A stretch of 64,000 nucleotides of DNA from a virus, in IMG/VR virus record IMGVR_UViG_3300027974_000032, positions 11,015 through 75,014 of that record; one strand, 5' to 3'. The notes under the pieces were generated by a model. The model had not been told where the DNA came from. It did not search any database and worked only from the letters and a program-made list of their open reading frames with translations. A program made the translations under genes and the position numbers. This document shows, in pieces, positions 46,101-55,787 of this stretch (within the stretch, counting starts at the first letter, position 1; each line of letters starts with the position of its first letter).

Positions 46101-47340
46101 CATTGTAAGAAGATGTCTTGTCTGAAAGGTTCACTGAAAGTCTTGGTGATAACTCTATCAAGTCAAAAGTTGCATCCACCTTGTTCATTGTGTCTACCAC
46201 GACCCTAATTCCAGAAATGTAATCTAGTTCACGATATACAGTTGAGTTGTCCGTAGTGCTTGTATACTTTAGTGGACTTGTTAAGTCTGTTACAAAGTTA
46301 GTTAGTCTTGTTACTGTTTCATCCTCTAGTTGCCACCCATATGTTGGGGTAAAGTTTTCGTACTCAGTTCCCGTCCAAATATAGTATTTGCCTATGTCGG
46401 ATTCATTTGCTGAAACTAAATATGCATACCCAGTTACAGATTTTTGTGGCAACCAGGAGACTGATGAGTGTGACTCTGCAAAAACAAAAGTATCTCTATA
46501 CTTGTCTGGAATAATTAACCCATAAGAAAGTTCAACATATCCATCTGCTGCAATTACTGGATCGCCATTTTTTCTAGTTGATGATTGATTAAATGATAAA
46601 ACATCCACCCAATTATTTGACTTTAAAGACTGAACCTTCCATCTTACTGGAGTTGTTTTATTAGCATTTCCATAAAATGGATCTGAAAATGTTGACGATG
46701 AGTTAGAAAATGTACCTAGGTCTAAACTTCCGACATTTGTTTGCATCTTAATAATAATCTTATTTGTAGGAATTTTATTTTCATATACAACAAATGGTGC
46801 TGAGTCTTCAATATTATATTGACCGTTAATTAACTTATTAGCAATACCATATTCCACACCACCCTCTGTTCTGTAAGATGACCAGTACTTAAATTGATCA
46901 TTTTTATCTGCCATATAATACCTTGGTCTTTTTGCCATATTTACATTAGAGTGGTGAAGATATGAATTAGAGAAATACCTTGCTTTGTTAATTCCTGATC
47001 TTGGTCTAAATGGTTTAAAGCAGTCTTCTAGAGAGTAGAGCATTTTAATTTTATCTTTTGTTGCCGTTAATGTAAATGGTACATTGCTGTCATCTATACC
47101 TCCATCAATAACAACATCTGCATCTGTCGCATTTGTATAATAATTGCCCTGATCATTTGGGTCAAAGGTGTTTGTAATTGTTTGATAGTTTGACCCAGAA
47201 GTTGTAGGTCTATATCTATAGTTACCAATTTTAAATATATTATCTGGCATATTCATATTCCACTCTGCGATCACCGCAGATTGTGTTTTTACAACAGAAG
47301 ATGTTTGTAAATGATTTTTTAGTTCATCATTTTTAAACAT
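43114..47340 (-). CDS. large tail tip/hub protein (start refined to ATG 47340)
   Basis: ~1408 aa, second gene after the tape measure; C-terminal P.LQLGDIV.I motif. Confidence 0.7.
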   Translation of the reverse strand: MFKNDELKNHLQTSSVVKTQSAVIAEWNMNMPDNIFKIGNYRYRPTTSGSNYQTITNTFDPNDQGNYYTNATDADVVIDGGIDDSNVPFTLTATKDKIKMLYSLEDCFKPFRPRSGINKARYFSNSYLHHSNVNMAKRPRYYMADKNDQFKYWSSYRTEGGVEYGIANKLINGQYNIEDSAPFVVYENKIPTNKIIIKMQTNVGSLDLGTFSNSSSTFSDPFYGNANKTTPVRWKVQSLKSNNWVDVLSFNQSSTRKNGDPVIAADGYVELSYGLIIPDKYRDTFVFAESHSSVSWLPQKSVTGYAYLVSANESDIGKYYIWTGTEYENFTPTYGWQLEDETVTRLTNFVTDLTSPLKYTSTTDNSTVYRELDYISGIRVVVDTMNKVDATFDLIELSPRLSVNLSDKTSSYNVTKMASDLGITGMPVSQLLASTGSVTLFDYDDAFQSNNADSIIKDYISRHIQFKFYEIVVDVGGYDYYVPIKTMYSEGFPSIDNSSKRIELSLRDLYFYFESLIAPQILSTNTSLSAAVSLLLDSIGFSNYAFNRVDGEKDLVIPYFFIPPDKNVAEILQDLAVSTQTAMFFDEYNNFVMMSKNFVMPLESERSTDFVLDGDTNNANIIEISGQDTTVYNDGVINYETRYIQRSIGSIRQANLVDAEKTWIYKPVLLWEVSGTSTTKSVNNQVGNQSTYMLSAIPLNSNLSASVPTVSGNRLINNTMDLGEGVYWITRYNGYFYSNGEIIKFDAVEYNISGYGNVWINNVQEYENYFSKLPFNGKIYPTGLVRIYSEPNYEEVNGTLRLKNGAVAKHGRAQFGTPVTSHSAGLDPYWSNNENVQGCTMQSKYLFTNGLTPPTTSIGTAGINKTLAEKTTRNGIIRNFLSSNYTTESDVANMRVTQTGTIQSSALLMNGPSFTTTESPLDFISYVKKPLNDRYKHFGTRMRVIGKIENNMDRGQTAIGSSTYYVVPGSTPDQTITIAGGSGGLGVLINPETNNGYYFEIVALGTTDLNSLESANVNNILFYKIEQNEGNAIPVKLWEGLSNIIVDDGKFTGQYRMASEQNPTVYDLSVEYQDIGNIRRFYLYINNKLITTVDDTTPLPVYNNMALFVRGSSRIMFENIYALTNNYSQNTSFVLDTPVNSIFDDAEIDANESFRKYAMSGIIQGTYLSGISPNQPPEYKIYFEEFGTIMREASTFNIRYDKAYPALYAKLSPTFNRIKGYTVSGFRAGSYGAEFMIFNATDTALSLDETTGNYLRIQGITFTQESRNSLTVDDYFSKNSDFSNPEFKNNQLISSPFKIEKAYEDIKLSRMTYGKKDFSLNVPYIQTEDDANELMKWVTSKITKPRKSFGIKIFSTPTLQLGDIVKINYSQNSVNKAGKEDSRYVIYNIQHSKDFNGPSMTVYLSEVA

Positions 47341-48038
47341 TATGCCTCTTCCAGTGTTACAGAAACATTCCAAAAATCAAAATTAGAATTTCCACGTTTA
47401 ACAACTGTATATGAAAAATCTGATATAAACATTTCTACAACTTGGTTATATTGAGATAGATGGCCATAGGCAGAATCATTTTTCCCAAATTCAGAATATT
47501 TATCATAAGCAAGATAAACCCAGAAAGATCCTTTATGGTTTTCATACCAATCTAAAAGTTCAACTCCTCCTGCACCACCATCAGTTGTATACTGCTGAGC
47601 AAGTATTGTTTGGTTTGGAAGAATAGCAAAACTACCATCTGAATCTGGATTTCTAGACCCAGTTGTTTCTAATGATGTTTTCCCTGTTGTAGAATTAAAT
47701 TCTGGGGCAAGGGCGTGTGCTCTTGATGGCAACATGTTCCATGATGTGGATAGGGTTAGTTTATCTGCAGTATGATAAGATCTCATTCTGCCATTAATCA
47801 TTCTTTCACGCTTTTCTATTCTAACATTTTTAAGATCTAATTGTGACCTATTGTCATCTGAAAGAATTAAAAATTGATCTAACTTATTTGGGTCAGATTC
47901 TGCTCCTGGGTCTGAGCCTATTTCTAAGCCATTTGGAATATAAAGACCATTAATTAGTGTTCCAGAATTTTCTGACCATAGGATTGCTTGTGGTCTTCCA
48001 TATTTTTTTCTTCCATTCATATATCCTGTAGTTGCCAT
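47340..48038 (-). CDS. distal tail protein-like
   Basis: Directly follows the tape measure; C-terminal WNVSVTLEE. Confidence 0.65.
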   Translation of the reverse strand: MATTGYMNGRKKYGRPQAILWSENSGTLINGLYIPNGLEIGSDPGAESDPNKLDQFLILSDDNRSQLDLKNVRIEKRERMINGRMRSYHTADKLTLSTSWNMLPSRAHALAPEFNSTTGKTSLETTGSRNPDSDGSFAILPNQTILAQQYTTDGGAGGVELLDWYENHKGSFWVYLAYDKYSEFGKNDSAYGHLSQYNQVVEMFISDFSYTVVKRGNSNFDFWNVSVTLEEA

Positions 48039-51000
48039 TATAGTCTTGAACTCCTAATTCTTTGTGAATCAATTTGCTTAATGTGTGACATAACTGATCT
48101 TGCAATTTCGTCTGGATTTGCATCAGACTTTACATTTACACTAAGACTATAATTATACACTGAGTCGCCCACTGAATCCCCATTATTAATTGCCTTCATT
48201 TTTTCTACTCCATGAGTATCAACTGCATACTTGCTCATAACAAACTCTCCTGGAGTAAGTCTTGCTGCAACAGTATCAGACCCCATAGCAAATCCACCAA
48301 CAGCAAATGATTTTGGAATCATTCCTCCAGTGTAAAGACCCATTGACTTCATTGCTTGACCTGTGTATCTTGCTGTTGAAAGTGCTCCAGCAGTTCCACC
48401 AAGAGATTTTGTCATTGTAGGAGATGCAATTAGTGCCCTTGACATATTAATTGCAATTGATTCTGGAGAAAGAATATCCTGAGCAAGTCCAACCGCCTTA
48501 TTTAAACTTGCTGTATTGGTTGCTTTGCGAACAGCAAGACCTGCAATCTTACCCATAGATGCGGTAATTTCTTGAGCATCAGCATTTAGTGCATCCATTG
48601 CTTTAAGTGCAGCAAGTGCCTCTGCTGAGGCTGCTGCTGCTTCTGCTGCTGCAGCATCTGCTGCTGCTGCTGCTGAATCTGCAAACTCTTTCTTTGCATC
48701 ATCGCTGGCTTCAGGATCTACCACTACTGGTGGTGGCTTTGGAGTACCATCTCCTGGTCCAACCACTAATCCGCTTCCAGGAAGGGTTGCGCCACTTCTT
48801 AGTCTATCTAGTTCTGCAAAAGCAGCACGTGCTGCTGCTGCTACTGCATCAATTGCCAACTTCAGCGCATCAGCGTCACCTTTAGCACCCTTAAGAATAT
48901 TATTTAAGAAGTTTGGATCATTAATATCTATACCAGCGCTCTTTGCTAAATCTAGTGCAGTAACTGCTGCATCAATTTGGGCTTTTGTCATTCCAAAATA
49001 CATAATAGATTCTTTTTGTTTTTCAATTACACGCTCTAGTGCTACCTTTTCAGCAGTAATCTTATCTATATTGTCTTGTATTTTAACTGCTTCTTTTTCA
49101 AGGTCCCATAATTTTTCTTTTTGAATTTTAGCAATATCCATTGCTAATTGCTTATTTTGTTTTTCTAAAGCAGTTCTTCCAAGAGCATTAATTTGATTAT
49201 CTCTTGAATTTGTTAATGCAGTAGACATTGTGCTCATACCCTGTGCTGCCTGTCGTGCTCTTTCATCTTGTACAATGCCTGCTGCTGCAGATATATCTCC
49301 ACGACTTAATGCATCAGCAAGTGATAGTCTATTCTTTTGTGCTGCTGCAATATCTTCATTAATTGTCTTTATCTTATCAAGTGCTTTTACCTGTTCATCA
49401 TATTTAGCATTAATCTCGTCTTCTGCTAAAGCAATTTTTTGAAGTTCATAGTCATTGACTTTAATTTTATATTCAAGTGGTGCAATTTTTGCATCTGTAA
49501 TTTTCTTTATTTCAGCATTTACACCCTCAAGAGCAATTTGTTGCTCAAGGATTTGATCATTATATTTTTTAAATGTTGGAGCATTCTGCATATCAATCAG
49601 ATGCTCTGTAAGAGCAATATATGCTTGAGCCATCTTGAGTCTAGATAGTTCATAATCTCCCTGATCCTGTGTTGCAATTGCAACCTTTTCTGCTTTTTTC
49701 TTTTCCTCATTGTATTTCTTTATTGCATCTAGTGCTTCTTTCCATTTTGCAGAAGTCTTATCAATTGCAAGAATAGCCTTTGCCATATCTGGATTTGAAG
49801 CAATCTCCATTGCCATTGCAGCATCAATACCCGCTGCCCTTAATTTGATTAAAGCACCAGTTTGGTTTGTTACTTCTTTTATTTTGGCAGCCATGTCCTT
49901 AAAGAAATCATATGTGTCGTTTCCACCTGTTGATGTTCCGTTTCCAGCAGAATTTGCAGCATCATTAAATCCTTTAATCATAGCAATAGTTGCTGCAATT
50001 TCTTTTTGAAGATCTTTAGTCCATTTATTTGCAGCAATATTTGCTTCATTACGTCTTTTTGCAGCATCTGCACTTAAGTCTGCTGCCTTGCCTGCTGCTA
50101 TGTTAGCATCTGCAACTGCATTAAGAGAACTTGCTAGCCTATAAGCAATTGCTGCTTGAGTAATCATTTCTACTGAAACCCCTGCAGTTGCTGCCTTAAG
50201 CAATAAAGAACCATCCTTAAAACTACTTACACCCTTTGTTACTGCAGCAAGTTCAGGATTTATCATCATAATTGCTTTTCTCATTAAGAATAGTTGTGCA
50301 TTGCTTCCTGGTACCTGCTTTTTAATAGTGCCGATCATGGTATCAAATGATGAATTAAACTTCTTAAGATCTATCTGTCCAGTTTGAGTTAGTCTACTTA
50401 GGCTCTTAGAGTATGATGAAATACCTGTTGCTGCGTTAGTAAGTGCAGCCCTCTGCTCATCAAATAACTTTGCGCTAATAAATTTACTAATATCTTTTTT
50501 ACTTGCTCCAGTTGAAGCATAAGACTTATCAATTTGGTCTTTTACTTTTCTATAATCATTTTCAAACTTCTTGCTAAATCCTTGAAGTCCAACTCCAAGT
50601 TGTGCATTTAACTTTCCAAACCCTGCATCATCAAATGTAATGTCTTTGAAATTAAGGTTGAGATCTTTCTTTCCAGCCTCTTCTCTGATAGTATCAATTA
50701 AGAGTTGTACTTTTTCTTTTGCCAAGCCCTGAGACATTAACTCAAGACCCTTAAATGTAAGGGCTGCCTTGGCTTTTTCATCACTTAGGTTTGATACTGC
50801 TGTTATTGTTGAACCATAAGACTTCTTAAATCCTGGGTCTGATAACAAAGACTCTCTGGATGTTCTTGTTTGCGATCCAGTCACATCATTTGCTTTACCA
50901 GCCCTAAATGTTTCTAGTGGTCCCTTTTGTGGGATAAGGCTAAAGTAATCTGCTAGAAATTTTGTCTGATCTGTAGTTGTCTTTAACGCATCTGTGAATG

Positions 51001-54000
51001 CCTCGACTTGTTGGCGTTCTTTTTCTTTTGCGCTATTGTATGCTTTAATGGCAATAACTCCTGCAATTAATGCTATAGATGCAAGACCAAAACCAACTTT
51101 AAACTTTGTAACAAATTCCATCATCTTAGTTCCAGTAAGCATTTGCAAGATAGATGAGAATGCAAAAAGTGGACCAGAAATCTGGAAAGCAACTTCAGAT
51201 AGTTTACCAAGGTTTCCTCCAGCAGTCTGAGCAATGCCAGATAATGCTGTTAGTGCAAACATTCCACCCATAACTCTTCTGTTTAACTTATCCATACTTT
51301 CATTAAGTTTTACTTGTTTCTTTACTGCATCAGATTTAGCCAATGAGTCTTTAGTCACTCTTGATTGATCTGCTAATGAGTTTAATGGTACTCCCGCTCC
51401 CCCAGCAATTCCACCTGGACTAAATGCGTCAGTTGCATATGGTAGGTTTGTGGCTGGATTAATAAGTTTTTTAATTGCAACATTTCCTAATTGCTGTGCT
51501 GCATTTGCAACCTTTGCTTGGCTATTAACCAAGCCAATCTTCATTCCGTCACCTACATTTTCACCTTGTACAATTGCATCCTTCGATGGTGACTTTGACT
51601 TTGTACCACGAGCAATTCCATCAATTAAAGATTCACCAAGTTGCGTTCCTTCTCTTTTTAAAATTACATCTAATTTTGCTGAAAGATTTTTTACATATGG
51701 AACCATTTGTGCTTCAAGTTCAGCAACTGTTCCAGTTACGGACTGAGCCATGTGAGCCATTTGTGCTTTTACAAATTGACCTTTACCAGATTCAGGAATA
51801 TTTGGTGTCACTGGATTTTGAATATTTTGCATCATAGCCCAACTCTTTGAACCACTTTGAGAACTACTACTTGGTAAATCTTGTCTTTGGAATACGTTTG
51901 GATTTAATCTTGATGCTAAATCAAATGCTGCAGAGCCTCTTGATTTGTAAGATCCTTGTCCAGGAATTCCAGTTCTGCTTGTAAGTGTATTTGATTCTGG
52001 ATTATAATTTGTTCCACTGATTGCACCAACTGGTCCAATAGTAGTAATTTCCTGAATAGATCTTTCAAATGCTGTTGCCATATCTTTTCCAGCAAGTTGA
52101 ACTCCTTTTGCAACATCTCTCATTGCTGGTATTACTATTGATTCAAAGTCTGAATCTACCAAAAACTCTTTTCCAGAATTTGCTAGTGCATCTGCTGCAG
52201 AGTTTACAAATAAGTCACCAACTCTTCTAAACTCTTCAAGGTTTCTTGGGTCATTAATTTTAATTCCCATTTCTTTTGCCATTACTGCAAACAGAGGCGC
52301 TGCTGCTGCAGCACCTGATTGTTTTAGTGATGCTACAACATCTGCTGTTGCTGCGCCTTGACCACCTTGTTGACCAGTCTTAGCATTCATCCATTCCTGC
52401 ATAAACAAAGTTATATTTTTAAATCCTTTTACATCTTGTGTTCCAGAAGATGCTCCTCCTGGCATTGATCCACCAACCAAAGTTGTTGGGCTTTTAAATC
52501 CTGCAATATTTCCAGCAATAAGTCCCTTGACCATTCCAGGATATTTTTTAACAGTTCCTGCTGAAAGAATTGCTTCACCATTAGATGCCATGATTGGAAC
52601 AGAATCAGACTTTGGACCACCAGGACCTGAAATAATTCCACCCTCTGCAAACTTTTTTGGCATACGGCCTGGAAGCATCATTCCTGGATTTGCTGCTGCA
52701 AACCTTTGAGAGGCAGCAGTACCATTTACATATGCACGTGTTAATGCTTCAACTGCTGCTGCTTCACTTGTAAACTGTTGAGTTAACTTGGCATGTACTT
52801 GATCAAGCGAGTGTGCTGCTGCTGCAGCATCTAACTGCTCCGTTGTCATGTAAGTTGTTTCTTGTCCTAAAAGATGTGATTGACCAGTTAATCCCAAGTA
52901 TCCATTTCTTAGAGTTAAAAATAATTTAATTATGTTACCAACACCGTTAGCAAGAAGACCAAATGTCATTAGTAGCACTGGTCCTACTGCACCAAGGCCA
53001 ACAGTTAAAAGTGTAATAAACTTTTTAGTACCAGACGAAAGCCCACTAAATTTTTCAAGTATATCTCCAACAAACTTAACAATTGGAGTAACTGCTTCTA
53101 AAAATGTTTTTCCAACTGGTATTAAAGATGCTTTTAACTGTTCTACACTTGCCTTAAACTTAACCATTGGCGAATCTGCAGTTATTCCTAATTCTTTTTC
53201 AGATACTCTAGCGAGATCTTCAATTGATGTACCAGCAAGATCTAATACACGAGAAGCCTGTGTTCCATCTTTTGTAACATTCTGAAATAATGTTGATAAA
53301 CGTGCAAATTGAAACTTACCAAACATTTGTTCAATTGCTTTTGCTCTATCAAGTGGTGCTAAAGTATCTAACGCTTTTGCAAACTCAACAACAGTCGCTT
53401 TAATATCTCCTTGGTTTGAGTTAACAATGTTTTTAATGTTAATCCCATAAGCCTGAAGCATTGCTGATGCTTTAGTTGTTGGGTTAATAATTGATGCAAG
53501 TCCAGATTTAAGTGCGTTAGCACCTTCAGATGCATTAACTCCACCCTCTTTCATAGCAGTCAAGAAGAATGCTAAATCCTTAACATCTCCACCAAGTTGT
53601 TTAATGATTGGTGCAACTTTTGGAATTGCTGTTGTTACGTCATCTAAAGATAAAACAGTTTGGTTTTCTACTGCGTTAAGAAAATCAATTGATCCAGCAA
53701 GTTGTTCTGAAGATGTTCCAAATGCATTTTGTAAAGAGATTGTTGTTTGCAATGCTTTTTGACTATCAATTTGTCCAAGTACAGAAAGCCTTGTTGCTTC
53801 TGTTGTTTGTCTTTGTAGATCTATTCCTTTAAAGCCTGCTGCTGCAGCATCTGCTGCTAATCCAACAGTACTAGAAACTGCAATTCCATATTTAGTAAAC
53901 ATTTGCCCAAGTTGCTGAACATCAGCAAGTGCTTGCTGCGTTTCTGCTTGTGGAGTAAATAAATCGCCATAAACCTTTCTAAACTTTAAAGCCTGTGTTT

Positions 54001-54646
54001 CCATTTCCATAAATACTCTTGTTGCTGTTGTTCCAAGTATTGTTAGTGGAATTGTAAAACCAACCATTAATTGGCGACCTGCCCACTGGGTATTCTTACC
54101 AAAGTTAATGAGGTTTGTGGAACCTTGCTTCATTAACTGGTTAAATAATTGTTGTTTCTGTGCAGCCATTGCAACTTTTGTGCCATAGTCATCCATGTTA
54201 AGACTAGTTGGCATAACTGCAATTGCTTTCATTGCACCGTTTGCATCACGACCTAATTTAATATATTGTGTCTGTAATCTTTTGACACGCTCTGTTGCAA
54301 CCTTTTCAATAGTATCAAATTCACTAGTAAAAGACTTACCAAATGTTTTAGTTGATGCTGCAGCAAACCTAAAATATTGTCGCATTGAGAACTTGTTCTT
54401 CTCAAGTGATGCAGTAAATGATTCTGATGTTGTTTTGATAGTCCTGAGTTCTGCAGCAAATGCACCAGTGGCATTAATACTTGCAAGAAGATTCTTTTGA
54501 AGATCTCTTTGTGCTAGTGCTGCAGCCTCAGAAGTTCTAGATATTGATGTGTGAAACTGAGATAGTTGTTTTTGGAGAGATTTTAGTTGTGATAATGCAT
54601 TAGACGTGTCAATATTGACGCCTATATTGGCATTAACATCAGCCAT
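48038..54646 (-). CDS. tail tape measure protein
   Basis: 2202 aa, Ala-rich helical; TP901-like core, TM segments, GG...D.V.A....GE motifs. Confidence 0.95.
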   Translation of the reverse strand: MADVNANIGVNIDTSNALSQLKSLQKQLSQFHTSISRTSEAAALAQRDLQKNLLASINATGAFAAELRTIKTTSESFTASLEKNKFSMRQYFRFAAASTKTFGKSFTSEFDTIEKVATERVKRLQTQYIKLGRDANGAMKAIAVMPTSLNMDDYGTKVAMAAQKQQLFNQLMKQGSTNLINFGKNTQWAGRQLMVGFTIPLTILGTTATRVFMEMETQALKFRKVYGDLFTPQAETQQALADVQQLGQMFTKYGIAVSSTVGLAADAAAAGFKGIDLQRQTTEATRLSVLGQIDSQKALQTTISLQNAFGTSSEQLAGSIDFLNAVENQTVLSLDDVTTAIPKVAPIIKQLGGDVKDLAFFLTAMKEGGVNASEGANALKSGLASIINPTTKASAMLQAYGINIKNIVNSNQGDIKATVVEFAKALDTLAPLDRAKAIEQMFGKFQFARLSTLFQNVTKDGTQASRVLDLAGTSIEDLARVSEKELGITADSPMVKFKASVEQLKASLIPVGKTFLEAVTPIVKFVGDILEKFSGLSSGTKKFITLLTVGLGAVGPVLLMTFGLLANGVGNIIKLFLTLRNGYLGLTGQSHLLGQETTYMTTEQLDAAAAAHSLDQVHAKLTQQFTSEAAAVEALTRAYVNGTAASQRFAAANPGMMLPGRMPKKFAEGGIISGPGGPKSDSVPIMASNGEAILSAGTVKKYPGMVKGLIAGNIAGFKSPTTLVGGSMPGGASSGTQDVKGFKNITLFMQEWMNAKTGQQGGQGAATADVVASLKQSGAAAAAPLFAVMAKEMGIKINDPRNLEEFRRVGDLFVNSAADALANSGKEFLVDSDFESIVIPAMRDVAKGVQLAGKDMATAFERSIQEITTIGPVGAISGTNYNPESNTLTSRTGIPGQGSYKSRGSAAFDLASRLNPNVFQRQDLPSSSSQSGSKSWAMMQNIQNPVTPNIPESGKGQFVKAQMAHMAQSVTGTVAELEAQMVPYVKNLSAKLDVILKREGTQLGESLIDGIARGTKSKSPSKDAIVQGENVGDGMKIGLVNSQAKVANAAQQLGNVAIKKLINPATNLPYATDAFSPGGIAGGAGVPLNSLADQSRVTKDSLAKSDAVKKQVKLNESMDKLNRRVMGGMFALTALSGIAQTAGGNLGKLSEVAFQISGPLFAFSSILQMLTGTKMMEFVTKFKVGFGLASIALIAGVIAIKAYNSAKEKERQQVEAFTDALKTTTDQTKFLADYFSLIPQKGPLETFRAGKANDVTGSQTRTSRESLLSDPGFKKSYGSTITAVSNLSDEKAKAALTFKGLELMSQGLAKEKVQLLIDTIREEAGKKDLNLNFKDITFDDAGFGKLNAQLGVGLQGFSKKFENDYRKVKDQIDKSYASTGASKKDISKFISAKLFDEQRAALTNAATGISSYSKSLSRLTQTGQIDLKKFNSSFDTMIGTIKKQVPGSNAQLFLMRKAIMMINPELAAVTKGVSSFKDGSLLLKAATAGVSVEMITQAAIAYRLASSLNAVADANIAAGKAADLSADAAKRRNEANIAANKWTKDLQKEIAATIAMIKGFNDAANSAGNGTSTGGNDTYDFFKDMAAKIKEVTNQTGALIKLRAAGIDAAMAMEIASNPDMAKAILAIDKTSAKWKEALDAIKKYNEEKKKAEKVAIATQDQGDYELSRLKMAQAYIALTEHLIDMQNAPTFKKYNDQILEQQIALEGVNAEIKKITDAKIAPLEYKIKVNDYELQKIALAEDEINAKYDEQVKALDKIKTINEDIAAAQKNRLSLADALSRGDISAAAGIVQDERARQAAQGMSTMSTALTNSRDNQINALGRTALEKQNKQLAMDIAKIQKEKLWDLEKEAVKIQDNIDKITAEKVALERVIEKQKESIMYFGMTKAQIDAAVTALDLAKSAGIDINDPNFLNNILKGAKGDADALKLAIDAVAAAARAAFAELDRLRSGATLPGSGLVVGPGDGTPKPPPVVVDPEASDDAKKEFADSAAAAADAAAAEAAAASAEALAALKAMDALNADAQEITASMGKIAGLAVRKATNTASLNKAVGLAQDILSPESIAINMSRALIASPTMTKSLGGTAGALSTARYTGQAMKSMGLYTGGMIPKSFAVGGFAMGSDTVAARLTPGEFVMSKYAVDTHGVEKMKAINNGDSVGDSVYNYSLSVNVKSDANPDEIARSVMSHIKQIDSQRIRSSRL

Positions 54647-54668
54647 TCATTCTCACCTCTTTATTAAT

Positions 54669-54989
54669 TTATTCTTGAATTGTAGTATTAAGAAGTGCGC
54701 TTACCTCATTGAGTTTTACCCCAGAGGCTCCTTCAACAATCTTGTATACCGTTGGAAGGTCAAGTAGTTCTTCCAAAGCCTTTAGATCTTCAGCCAAGTC
54801 TGGCTTGTACTGCTTTAGTGCGATCTGAACACATTCAATTAATACTGTCATTGACTTATCGTTATCTTCTGCGATATCTGCAATTCCTTCAAACTTTTTC
54901 ATAAACGGACGTAGCAAAGAAATCTTAAGTGGACGTACCTCAATTTCGGTATTATCCATAAGTGTTACCTTTGTTGTTTGCGTTGTCAT
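54669..54989 (-). CDS. tail assembly chaperone, short (gpG-like); start refined to 54989
   Basis: Between tail tube and tape measure; paralog of the N-terminal half of 55042-55722; GGAGG RBS. Confidence 0.75.
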   Translation of the reverse strand: MTTQTTKVTLMDNTEIEVRPLKISLLRPFMKKFEGIADIAEDNDKSMTVLIECVQIALKQYKPDLAEDLKALEELLDLPTVYKIVEGASGVKLNEVSALLNTTIQE

Positions 54990-55016
54990 TTTTTCCTCCA
55001 AGATGTAGACTATCTA

Positions 55017-55025
55017 ATTATAGCA
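55017..55025 (-). promoter_or_regulatory. extended -10 promoter for the short chaperone/TMP operon
   Basis: TGC-TATAAT. Confidence 0.65.
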
Positions 55026-55041
55026 TAGCAAACTGCTATTT

Positions 55042-55722
55042 TTAGTCTATTTTCTCGTAAGACAATCCCATTCCAATACCAAATCCAGCATTAGCAGCAT
55101 TTTGTCCTTGAAGGGCAACAATGTCTTTTGGATCACTAGTTTTACCTTTGCTGTAAACTCTAGCCTTCATTTCTTCCCATGCGTTGCTATCAGTTTTACC
55201 ACTTTGCTCATCTAAATCTACGCCTTCCATTGCTGCTAAGAATTTCTTTTCTTGATAGTCTAATTCTCTTTTTGAATTAAGGGTTGTTAGCAGTTCTGGC
55301 ATTGATATTGATGTTTCTAGTTCCTCATAGTTTTTCCATATACCCAGTAAAAATAACTCAGACTCCAGTTTAACTAAATCTAATGAATCCCAAGATGATC
55401 CAGAATCTTCTGCTTGTTTTTTAACTGGCTCTTCAGATTTTTGATTAATTTTAATCCCAGCAGCAAACTCAATAATTTTATATATTGTTGGGAGATCTAC
55501 GTAGTCTTCAAGTTCATCAATTACTTCTGGTCTATACTGCTTCATAGTTATGGCTGCACATTTTGATAAAATCTCAATAGTCTCTTCATCATTTTCTGCT
55601 TCATGTATAAATTCAAACATTTCTAAAAATTCTCTTAAATATTTTATTTTAAGTGGTGTTGCATAAATTTCATAACCATCCATCATTTTTATATAGGATG
55701 ACTCATATATTTTTGTAGGCAT
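55042..55722 (-). CDS. tail assembly chaperone, long (gpGT-like, single frame)
   Basis: G-like N-terminal half, linker, then a T-like domain (W.NY.ELE...S..EL). Confidence 0.75.
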   Translation of the reverse strand: MPTKIYESSYIKMMDGYEIYATPLKIKYLREFLEMFEFIHEAENDEETIEILSKCAAITMKQYRPEVIDELEDYVDLPTIYKIIEFAAGIKINQKSEEPVKKQAEDSGSSWDSLDLVKLESELFLLGIWKNYEELETSISMPELLTTLNSKRELDYQEKKFLAAMEGVDLDEQSGKTDSNAWEEMKARVYSKGKTSDPKDIVALQGQNAANAGFGIGMGLSYEKID

Positions 55723-55728
55723 CTATCT

Positions 55729-55737
55729 ATTGTACCA
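55729..55737 (-). promoter_or_regulatory. extended -10 promoter, leaderless transcript
   Basis: TGG-TACAAT-6 nt-ATG(55722), no SD. Confidence 0.7.
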
Positions 55738-55772
55738 AACAGAAAGGCCCAATCCCGAAGGATTGAGCCTCT
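55738..55772 (-). terminator. intrinsic terminator after the tail tube gene
   Basis: AGGCUCAAUCC-UUCG-GGAUUGGGCCU-UUCUGUUU. Confidence 0.85.
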
Positions 55773-55787
55773 CACTATTAAATTGTA

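Noticed and set aside
48607-54500. Multiple short + strand ORFs within the tape measure gene
   Set aside because: Antisense shadows of an Ala-rich gene
54989-55060. Programmed frameshift linking the two chaperone ORFs
   Set aside because: The ORFs do not overlap, the downstream one has its own promoter and SD, and it duplicates the upstream N-terminus
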